NCBI GenBank assembly: GCA_011390785.1 | Contig: JAABRR010000015.1 | Coordinates: 51,150-115,149, forward strand | Source of the DNA: Sphingobacteriia bacterium | Lineage (GTDB): Bacteria > Bacteroidota > Bacteroidia > Bacteroidales > UBA7960 | Reading direction: 5' to 3' | DNA length: 64,000 nucleotides | Part shown: piece by piece, positions 34,903-42,397 of the stretch | Position numbering within the stretch: the first letter of the stretch is position 1 | Layout: each line of letters starts with the position of its first letter | Notes under the pieces: generated by a model | What the model was told of the DNA's origin: nothing | Seen by the model: only the letters and a program-made list of their open reading frames with translations | Database searches by the model: none | Made by a program: the position numbers and the translations under genes

Positions 34903-35253
34903 ATGGCAATGTTACAAACAGCGCTGCAGGAAATTGAAACTGCAGCAGAATTAAAAAAGATTATCAGCGAAAATGAAAATGTAATGGTATGTTGTGGCCG
35001 CATGGGGCCTATGTGTATTCCTGTTTACGAAGCCATGGAAGAATTGGAGGAAGACCGTGAAGATGTTAAGTTTTTCACTATGGCTTTCGACTCACCCGAA
35101 GCCAATATTATCAGAGAAGACCCTTCATGTCTTGGTTTCATGGGTTTGCCTTTTACCATGTATTACAAAAAGGGTGAAGTAGCTCATGCTACCAGCAGCA
35201 TCCAGTCTATGGAAAAAATTAAAGCTGTACTCAACGATAAGTTTGGCAAATAA
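34903..35253 (+). CDS. thioredoxin-fold protein with atypical active-site region (CCGRMGPMC instead of WCGPC)
   Basis: Trx-like pattern 'VMVCCGRMGPMCIPVYEAMEEL', with the cis-Pro region 'GLPFTMYY'. Confidence 0.55.
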   Translation: MAMLQTALQEIETAAELKKIISENENVMVCCGRMGPMCIPVYEAMEELEEDREDVKFFTMAFDSPEANIIREDPSCLGFMGLPFTMYYKKGEVAHATSSIQSMEKIKAVLNDKFGK

Positions 35254-35260
35254 TTGAGCA

Positions 35261-36208
35261 ATGGATGAAGTTTTTGATGTTATGATTTTGGGCGCCGGAG
35301 CTGCCGGACTAACTGCCGGAATTTACACTTCCCGGGCTAAATTTTCCACACTGATTCTTAACGAAGGGCCTATTGGCGGGCAGATGGTACTTACCAACGA
35401 GGTTGCCAATTATCCTGGTGTTGAAAAAACCACCGGTTATGCTATGGCCGGCATCATGAAAAAGCAAGCCAAAGAATTTGGTTGCAAAATAAAATCGAAC
35501 GTAAAGATAACCGAATATGACCTTGGTGAAAAGGTAAAGTCTGTTACGCTTGAAGATGGCCGTGTTTTTAAAGCCTGGAGTGTGATTCTTGCACCGGGTG
35601 GTAAATCCCGAACTTTAAATATACCTGGTGAAGATAAATTCAGGGGCTCCGGAATTTCTTACTGTGCTACCTGTGATGGCGAGTTTTTTACCGGAAAAGA
35701 AATTGTGGTAGTAGGTGGGGGTAATTCGGCCCTTGAAGAGGCGGTTGCTTTAACAAAATATGTCACCAAGGTTACCGTTGTTCATCAGTTCGATCATTTT
35801 CAGGCTTTTGAACATGCAGTAAGAGAAGCACAAAGCAACCCTAAAATTGAGTTTATCATGGAGTCTACACTTACAGAATTCACAGGGAATGAGAGCCTGG
35901 AAAGAGTAACCATCAAAAATATTCCAACAGAGGAAACCTATCAATATCCGGCCCAGGGCACTTTTATTTTTATAGGTTATTCGCCCAATACATCGGCTTT
36001 TAAGGGTATTGTTGAGATGAACGAAAGAGAAGAAATTATAACCAATAGCGAAATGCAGACTAACTTACCAGGTGTATTTGCTGCCGGCGATAGTATTGTG
36101 AAACGATACCGACAAATAACTACAGCGGTAGCTGATGGAACCATTGCTGCCCTCACAGCTGCCGAATATGTGGCAAAGACAAAAAAAGAAGAACTAGTGT
36201 TAAACTAA
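35261..36208 (+). CDS. thioredoxin-reductase-like flavoprotein lacking the NADPH-binding arginines (FFTR/DTR-like)
   Basis: 'ILGAGAAGLTAG' (FAD), redox 'CATCDG', and 'VGGGNSALEEA'. 'VHQFDHFQA' replaces the canonical 'HRRDxFRA'. 'FAAGD'. Confidence 0.85.
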   Translation: MDEVFDVMILGAGAAGLTAGIYTSRAKFSTLILNEGPIGGQMVLTNEVANYPGVEKTTGYAMAGIMKKQAKEFGCKIKSNVKITEYDLGEKVKSVTLEDGRVFKAWSVILAPGGKSRTLNIPGEDKFRGSGISYCATCDGEFFTGKEIVVVGGGNSALEEAVALTKYVTKVTVVHQFDHFQAFEHAVREAQSNPKIEFIMESTLTEFTGNESLERVTIKNIPTEETYQYPAQGTFIFIGYSPNTSAFKGIVEMNEREEIITNSEMQTNLPGVFAAGDSIVKRYRQITTAVADGTIAALTAAEYVAKTKKEELVLN

Positions 36209-36224
36209 AGTACTGTAAAAGGAA

Positions 36225-36806
36225 ATGTTAAAAGTAAATTCATTAAAACAACTACATTTATTGGTTAAAGCAGGTCAATCCAACTGGGTGTTTGTATATA
36301 AAAAAGGCTCAGAAGCCAGCGAATGTGCGCTTAAAAGTTTGGAAAGTGCTTTCAACAAGATAAAGGGTATTAATCTCTTTCTTGTTGATGTAACCGATGT
36401 AAGAGATATTCATACCCATTATAATATTACATCTGCTCCATCTTTACTACATTTGCAGGGAACAGTATTGAAGAATGTTGTAAAAGGCTGTAATGATGTT
36501 TCTTTTTACGAAGGAATTTTTAATAATTCGGTATTTGTAGCCCAATCTGCCAATGAAGAAAAACCATCAAAAAGGGTCACTGTATATTCAACTCCAACCT
36601 GTTCATGGTGTAATGTATTAAAATCCCACTTGAGACAACATAACGTCCGGTTTCAGGATATTGATGTTTCGCGCGACCAAAGAGCTGCCGACGAATTGGT
36701 AAAACGCTCAGGGCAAATGGGAGTGCCACAAACCGATATCAATGGCGAAATCATTGTAGGATTTAACAAAACCAGAATAAACGAATTACTGGATATAAAC
36801 GAATAA
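36225..36806 (+). CDS. two-domain redox protein: N-terminal monothiol Trx-like domain + C-terminal glutaredoxin/NrdH-like domain (CSWC)
   Basis: The C-terminal 'VTVYSTPTCSWCNVLKSHL...GVPQTDINGEIIVGFN' is a classical Grx-like fold. The N-terminal half has a Trx-like pattern with only 'GSEASEC'. Confidence 0.65.
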   Translation: MLKVNSLKQLHLLVKAGQSNWVFVYKKGSEASECALKSLESAFNKIKGINLFLVDVTDVRDIHTHYNITSAPSLLHLQGTVLKNVVKGCNDVSFYEGIFNNSVFVAQSANEEKPSKRVTVYSTPTCSWCNVLKSHLRQHNVRFQDIDVSRDQRAADELVKRSGQMGVPQTDINGEIIVGFNKTRINELLDINE

Positions 36807-36838
36807 ATTAGTATTAACTCATTAATGAAATTAATAGA

Positions 36839-37126
36839 ATGAAAGAAGTACAACCTGTAAATCAAAATGTTTTGCTGGAGTTTCCCGGCGATAATACCGA
36901 AAGAAAAACTGCATCGGGTATAATCATTCCTGATACCGTGAAAGAAAAAAATAATATTGCCAAAGTTGTTGCCATGAGCAATATTGATAATGCAGAAGTT
37001 TCCGTTGGCGATACTGTTATTTATAATGAATACAGTGTCAAAGAGATCGAAATTAATGGTAAAAAACATTTGATGATTCAGTATGCAGAAATCATGGCCA
37101 AATTGGTAGAAACAGAAACTATCTGA
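36839..37126 (+). CDS. groES: GroES/Cpn10 family co-chaperonin, orphan copy (no adjacent groEL)
   Basis: 'VLLEFPGDNTERKTASGIIIPDTVKEK' (mobile loop), 'VGDTVIYNEY' and 'INGKKHLMIQYAEIMA'. Confidence 0.75.
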   Translation: MKEVQPVNQNVLLEFPGDNTERKTASGIIIPDTVKEKNNIAKVVAMSNIDNAEVSVGDTVIYNEYSVKEIEINGKKHLMIQYAEIMAKLVETETI

Positions 37127-37159
37127 TCATCTCAAACACCAACTAACACAGTAATATTG

Positions 37160-37194
37160 AAAAAGCATTCCGAAATACAGGGATGCTTTTTTTT
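37160..37194 (+). terminator. rho-independent terminator after the trx/groES operon
   Basis: 'aaaaagcattcc' and 'gggatgcttttt' form the stem (one G-U pair), followed by a T8 run. Confidence 0.65.
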
Positions 37195-37306
37195 GCCCGA
37201 CTGTTAAATGTTTAATATAATGTTGAAAAAGTTAAACAAAATTGTTTTTTTGATGTTACCTGTTCGATATTTATTTTAATAAATAACCCTATAATATTTA
37301 TTCAAT

Positions 37307-38140
37307 ATGGAACAATTAGGTAATGCAACTTTTGAGAACTATGTAGGCCTGACTCAGGGTCTTAGTGAAATGGGCTACCAGATGGTAGCGCATGTTTTAA
37401 CACTTGGTTATGCTGTGATGCTGGCCGGGTTGTTTTATTTTATTTTAACCATAAAAACTGTAGCACCCAAATACAGAACATCTTCTGTGCTTTCAGTTGT
37501 CGTTATGGTTTCTGCTTTTTTATTGCTATATGCCCAGGCTCAAAACTGGACTAATAGTTTTGTTTTTGACGTTGAAAGAGGAAGATATTTTCTTGGTGAT
37601 GGAGTAGATTTGTTTAACAATGGATACAGATATTTAAACTGGCTTATTGATGTGCCAATGCTGTTATTTCAAATTTTATTTGTAGTTTCCTTAACTAAAT
37701 CTAAATTTTCAAGCATTCGGAATCAGTTCTGGTTTTCGGGTACAGGTATGATCTTAACAGGATATGTAGGTCAGTTTTACGAAGTAACCAATTTGGTAGC
37801 TTTTGCCGCCTGGGGAACTATTTCAACTCTTTTCTTCATCCACATCCTCATTCTTATGAAGAGAGTTATCAATGAAGGTAAAGAAGGAATTCCAGCTTCT
37901 GCTCAAAAAGCGTTGAATACAATCTGGTATCTGTTCCTGTTTTCATGGATGCTATATCCAGGTGCTTTCCTGATGCCACATTTGGCGGGTATTGAAGGAG
38001 CACTGTTTGGAGAAGCAGGTATTGTTGGTCGTCAGCTTACTTACACAATAGCTGATGTTACATCTAAAGTGATTTATGGTATTATGCTTACAATCGTAGC
38101 ACAAATCCTAAGTCAGAAGGAAGGTTACGAGCAGAAATAA
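37307..38140 (+). CDS. microbial rhodopsin, NDQ-motif light-driven Na+ pump (NaR, KR2-like)
   Basis: Helix C 'NNGYRYLNWLIDVPMLLFQILFVVSL' gives N111/D115/Q122. Helix G 'YTIADVTSKVIYG' gives D250 and the Schiff-base K254. The N-terminus 'LGNATFENY...LTLGYAVMLAGLFYFILTIK' matches KR2 closely as I recall it. Confidence 0.92.
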   Translation: MEQLGNATFENYVGLTQGLSEMGYQMVAHVLTLGYAVMLAGLFYFILTIKTVAPKYRTSSVLSVVVMVSAFLLLYAQAQNWTNSFVFDVERGRYFLGDGVDLFNNGYRYLNWLIDVPMLLFQILFVVSLTKSKFSSIRNQFWFSGTGMILTGYVGQFYEVTNLVAFAAWGTISTLFFIHILILMKRVINEGKEGIPASAQKALNTIWYLFLFSWMLYPGAFLMPHLAGIEGALFGEAGIVGRQLTYTIADVTSKVIYGIMLTIVAQILSQKEGYEQK

Positions 38141-38167
38141 TTAAGTTTATTTCGATACTTCTCCATT

Positions 38168-38223
38168 AAACTGTACGATCAACTTTAATTGTTAAGATTA
38201 ATGTTGATCGTACAGTTTTTTTA
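38168..38223 (+). terminator. strong rho-independent terminator after the rhodopsin gene
   Basis: Perfect 16-bp inverted repeat 'aaactgtacgatcaac' (38168-38183) / 'gttgatcgtacagttt' (38203-38218), followed by a T-run. Confidence 0.8.
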
Positions 38224-38478
38224 ATTAAAATATTAATTGCCAATTTTATGTCGGTTACTCGAAATTAAGTTATTTACTGGTGTATCCACATTTTTTCGCT
38301 TTTAAATATAAACTAAACCTAAAATGTTGATTTTTTTGGACTGTGTCATCTAATACTATCATTGTTTTAGATCAATGATTGGTTTGTGGATCAAAATTGT
38401 TAAATTTACATATCAGAAAATGATAAGTTTATCAGTAACTGATGCATTAAGCCCACCAAACACAGTAATTAAAATCGA

Positions 38479-39003
38479 ATGAGAAGTAAAACGGTTCTAT
38501 TTTTATGTCTCTTTTTGACAGTATTGACTGTTAAAAGTCAGCATCCTTCAGTCTTCGGCTTAAATAACCAGGGTAAAATAGGGTTATCGGCTACACTTGG
38601 AAATCAATTACAGGGTGCTTCTGTTATTTACTGGTTCACTCCCCGTTTTTTAGTAACTCCTTCATTAAGTTTTAGCTATTTATCCAATAAAGAACTTGAT
38701 ATGTCTTTGGGTATTTCAACAAGGCATTATTTAAGGGTAGAACAATCATCATATTACTTGGGGCTAAGGATTGGGACAATACTGTTAAAGCCTTATGATG
38801 ATCCTGACGATAAATTTATTCGTACTGATTTATTTGCAGGTGTGAGTTTTGGGGTTGAGCATTTTTTTACCCGGTTTTTCACCCTGGGTATGGAGGTGCA
38901 AGGTGATTACCTGCAATCTGACGAACGATCTGATAGATTTGAAAACCAACGAGGGGTTGGAGTGGTTATCAGACCAGTAGTTCTGGTCACATTTTATTTT
39001 TAA
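38479..39003 (+). CDS. small outer-membrane beta-barrel protein
   Basis: It has a signal peptide, alternating amphipathic strands and a C-terminal 'VTFYF'. Confidence 0.5.
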   Translation: MRSKTVLFLCLFLTVLTVKSQHPSVFGLNNQGKIGLSATLGNQLQGASVIYWFTPRFLVTPSLSFSYLSNKELDMSLGISTRHYLRVEQSSYYLGLRIGTILLKPYDDPDDKFIRTDLFAGVSFGVEHFFTRFFTLGMEVQGDYLQSDERSDRFENQRGVGVVIRPVVLVTFYF

Positions 39004-39030
39004 TGTCAGAAAGTATTGTTATATAAAACT

Positions 39031-39066
39031 AAAAAAAGCTGTCATATTATCCTGACAGCTTTTTTT
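39031..39066. terminator. bidirectional rho-independent terminator
   Basis: A7 run, 'gctgtca', an 8-nt loop, 'tgacagc', then a T6 run. It lies between convergent genes. Confidence 0.65.
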
Positions 39067-39128
39067 GTTATTATTATAAATTGTGGATTATCTCAGATGA
39101 TCAAAACATCATTATTTAAGAAAGATCT

Positions 39129-39938
39129 TTATTCACAAACAACATCGAATCCATTAGTTGCCCAGCAATGAAACTGATCGTTTCCATAAAATTTGGGGTC
39201 TTTAATCTTACCTTCTTTCGATGTTACATCCCACTTTATTTCAACTAAATTGTTTTGCCCTTTGTTGAAAATTTCATAAAAGGCATTTAAATCAAGGTTA
39301 TTGTCGCGCCCGTGGCTAATATATCCACCGTTTTCAGAATCGGAAGGAATAATATTGGTGTAGGTAATTCCAAAATCTTCATCACTATTTTTGTACCATT
39401 CTATTCCAATGTAGGGCGAAGGATTACTCTGTTCCCTGTTTAAAGTCCAGGTGCCTGATTTTCCATCTAATGACGATTCTCCGGTGTACCAAAGAAAGTT
39501 TGAAAAGCCATTATTACCCGATTTGCTCACAAACATTTCCCAATTTACATTTGCTCCGCTTATAGTTCCGACTAAATCTGCCGTATATTGATTTACACCA
39601 ACATTTACCGAGTACGACCATTTCCATGACCCATTACCCTGAAATTGGGGCTCATGATTAAAGGCTTCTGTAAAAGTAGCTACCGGCACAGCAAGGTTTA
39701 CGAAAATTACAGTATTCCATACTGCGACATGTGCCACTGCCAGTGTTCTGTTTATTTGGGTATTTTGGGTGGATACTGTTTTGGTATTCATAAAATCGCT
39801 GAAGTCCATAACAAAAGATGATTCCGGTGGCAGTACCGGTGCCTTTTCTGTTTCTTCCTTTTGGCAGGATGTGGTAACTACTAATAAAAGGACAATAAGC
39901 GATAATAAAATCCGGGTTATTCCTGATATGTTTTTCAT
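39129..39938 (-). CDS. hypothetical lipoprotein (last gene of the ECF/TonB-receptor locus)
   Basis: The start 'MKNISGITRILLSLIVLLLVVTTSCQ' carries a lipobox. I recognise no family. The ORF is open to 39986. Confidence 0.5.
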   Translation of the reverse strand: MKNISGITRILLSLIVLLLVVTTSCQKEETEKAPVLPPESSFVMDFSDFMNTKTVSTQNTQINRTLAVAHVAVWNTVIFVNLAVPVATFTEAFNHEPQFQGNGSWKWSYSVNVGVNQYTADLVGTISGANVNWEMFVSKSGNNGFSNFLWYTGESSLDGKSGTWTLNREQSNPSPYIGIEWYKNSDEDFGITYTNIIPSDSENGGYISHGRDNNLDLNAFYEIFNKGQNNLVEIKWDVTSKEGKIKDPKFYGNDQFHCWATNGFDVVCE

Positions 39939-40102
39939 GATGTTAGTTTTTGTGGTTATTAATAGAACTATTATGTTAAAATTCAAATGATTGATAATTA
40001 ATGATTTTTATTTTTACAAAGTTAGTTCATTAAATATTTGAAATTAAAGTAAAGATACCCAGGCGATTTTACCTGGATATCTTTACTTTTTAGCCTTAGA
40101 AT

Positions 40103-41290
40103 TTAGTTTGCCTTACCATTATCTGTCGAAAATGAGATTTCAAAATTCATGATATGAGAAGGATTGTATGGTGCAAGGTCAGTTATGATATTTTCCAGTT
40201 CAGAGTATAAACCAGAAGGAGCTTCTCCACCCTGAACAAAACCCTGTGCATTGAAATAGGCAGGGGCTGATGTGTGATAGAGGTAGGCATCCAGTATTTC
40301 CTGATCAATGCCCGGCCAAACATTTGTAATCTGGTTGCTGAATACATTACGGACAGAATACATATTTAGCAAAGTATTGCGGTCAGTGGCATCCAGGCTC
40401 ATAGGAGGAAGTCCTACTTCTGCCACAGAAACATTGTTGCTTTCTGATGCTGCTGCTACGAAGGCCCAGTTGAAACCGGTTTCATTGGTAAAGAATTTGG
40501 CATTAGGATGCTCAGAATTTCCATATATGCTTATCACATCATTGTTTTTCCCAGCAAACATTTTCATTTTACTTAAGGCATAAGGTGCTACCAGTGGGCT
40601 GGGAAGTGGAAATCCGGTAATGGCCACAATCATGTGTTTTTCGTAACCTGCTTCACCGGCTTCGCTGTAGTCGATTCTGAAATGGGTAAAAATGTACTCT
40701 TCTTCCGTATTTCTGTCAATGTTATAAGGATTGATCAATGCTACTCCCTTTACCGGACTGTTGTTCCAGAAAACCTGCAGGGCAATACCGTTATTTCCGG
40801 TTTTTGATGCAGCGTCAATATCCGTAACCGTTAGTCCAAATTGCCAGGTATCACTTTCAAATGAAGGGTTTTCAACAATTGTTAAATGTTTTGTTCTATT
40901 GTCATCATCGCTGATATAGGTTAGTTCCAGCGGACGACTGAGATTGTTCCGTGCTATCATTTTAATAACATCTTCGGTAAGTTCTGCACCAAATTCGCCA
41001 ATATGTATGAAGTTTCGAAGGTGTTCATAAATGTCGTTGCCACGCAGGGTGTCAACCTGGCCACTTTTTACACTCATGTCAGAACTGATAGAAGAAGGAA
41101 TTTCTACCCTGAAGCTTTGTGGAAGTATACTTTCTGGTTCGTTCATAGGATCCAAATCATCCTGTTCACATGACTGGAAACTAATTGCCAGAATCATTAC
41201 CATTACCACCCAGATACTTTTTCTTACGGTCGCGGTTACACTAAAGTTTGCTTTGTTGGTTGTGCCGAATTTTACGATTTCATTTTTCAT
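40103..41290 (-). CDS. hypothetical lipoprotein
   Basis: 395-aa ORF with lipobox 'ISFQSC'. I recognise no family. Confidence 0.5.
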   Translation of the reverse strand: MKNEIVKFGTTNKANFSVTATVRKSIWVVMVMILAISFQSCEQDDLDPMNEPESILPQSFRVEIPSSISSDMSVKSGQVDTLRGNDIYEHLRNFIHIGEFGAELTEDVIKMIARNNLSRPLELTYISDDDNRTKHLTIVENPSFESDTWQFGLTVTDIDAASKTGNNGIALQVFWNNSPVKGVALINPYNIDRNTEEEYIFTHFRIDYSEAGEAGYEKHMIVAITGFPLPSPLVAPYALSKMKMFAGKNNDVISIYGNSEHPNAKFFTNETGFNWAFVAAASESNNVSVAEVGLPPMSLDATDRNTLLNMYSVRNVFSNQITNVWPGIDQEILDAYLYHTSAPAYFNAQGFVQGGEAPSGLYSELENIITDLAPYNPSHIMNFEISFSTDNGKAN

Positions 41291-41526
41291 TTTTCTTAAA
41301 TTTTAGAGGTTAAAAATTGTATTTCGGTTGTAATACACAGAAAAATGAATGTACCCTTACGTTGAACTAAGTTTTTTTTAGAATATTGATTTCAAACGAT
41401 AACGGAAGTCAGATCTGGTGGCAATGGAAAGGCGCAGTGCTGTTATCCATTGCCGTTGGCTTTAACCAGCGGATGAAGGAATTATTGGAGTCAAGCACTA
41501 TCGATTTATCGACCTGCATAATTCGT

Positions 41527-42396
41527 TTAATTCCCAACAACCACTGTGTCTCTCAGCACTGCGCAGGCAGCAAAAAAGCCAAGGGCGCCGTCAATATTAC
41601 CGGGGGGATTGCCTCTTGATGTTTCAAACAAGCTTCCCTGCCACTGGGTTTCTGCTACCAGTCCACGAAGGTAGGTGGCATACTCAGGGGTAAGCGAATA
41701 TTTTGTAAGGTAGGCTATGGAGCCGGCAGGGAAAAATGCTCTTTCCTTATCCTGAGGAAATATCTGGTTACTGACATCAATGGTATTAAACGTATAATGC
41801 ATCAAATGAGCCCTGTTTAAAGAATCCGGATGATCATAACCAGGCAGGTGCTCCCAACTTATAAGTGCTTCATACATGGCCTGTTCAAATGGGCTGTAAG
41901 CGTCGTTATTCCAGTTTATGGTATATTTTTCATTCGATACATTGAAAACAAAGGAAGGCTGTGATGCCGGGAATATGGGTTGCATATAGGTGTGGGCGCG
42001 GAATTCTTTTTCGTTCCATACAATAACCAATTCATAGGTTCGATCAACGGTAGTGGCAGCCGGCAAAACACTGGTGTATAGCCCTGCAACTGTATCAGAG
42101 TGTGTAAAGGGCATGATGATCTGGTTGGTTCTTATCCAAACTGTGGCATCGGTAACAGCTTCGGGGTGGGCATTGAGCGAATCGAGCGGGTAAGAAAGAT
42201 AAATCTTTTGTGTAGTGAATTCGTTGGTGAGGATGGCATTCACTACGATGGTTTCTTCCTGTGTGTAATCAATTGGCCAATCTATTGGTTTTTCACAACC
42301 AAACAATAGTATCAAAATTACTAATATTATTGATTGGTGTTTAAAGCCTGACAGAACCGGAACCTGCAATATATGTTTAAAAGAAATCAGGGCCAT
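41527..42396 (-). CDS. DUF4249-like lipoprotein (usual partner of CarboxypepD_reg TonB-dependent receptors)
   Basis: Lipobox 'LLFGC'. The stop-start junction with the upstream receptor is 1 nt. Size and context are typical of the family. Confidence 0.55.
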   Translation of the reverse strand: MALISFKHILQVPVLSGFKHQSIILVILILLFGCEKPIDWPIDYTQEETIVVNAILTNEFTTQKIYLSYPLDSLNAHPEAVTDATVWIRTNQIIMPFTHSDTVAGLYTSVLPAATTVDRTYELVIVWNEKEFRAHTYMQPIFPASQPSFVFNVSNEKYTINWNNDAYSPFEQAMYEALISWEHLPGYDHPDSLNRAHLMHYTFNTIDVSNQIFPQDKERAFFPAGSIAYLTKYSLTPEYATYLRGLVAETQWQGSLFETSRGNPPGNIDGALGFFAACAVLRDTVVVGN

Positions 42397-42397
42397 A

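Noticed and set aside
36653-37069. 138-aa minus-strand ORF spanning the Grx-fusion/GroES junction.
   Set aside because: It overlaps two well-supported plus-strand genes. Its I/F/N-rich composition is typical of antisense AT-rich translation.
41386-41619. 77-aa plus-strand ORF in the gap between the DUF4249 gene and the lipoprotein gene. It contains a hairpin at 41420-41454 whose extension uses G-U pairs only on the plus strand.
   Set aside because: It has no RBS or promoter signal and no motif, and it overlaps the 3' end of the DUF4249 gene. The hairpin is real but short, and no terminator tail follows it on either strand. The evidence is too weak to call a gene or an ncRNA.
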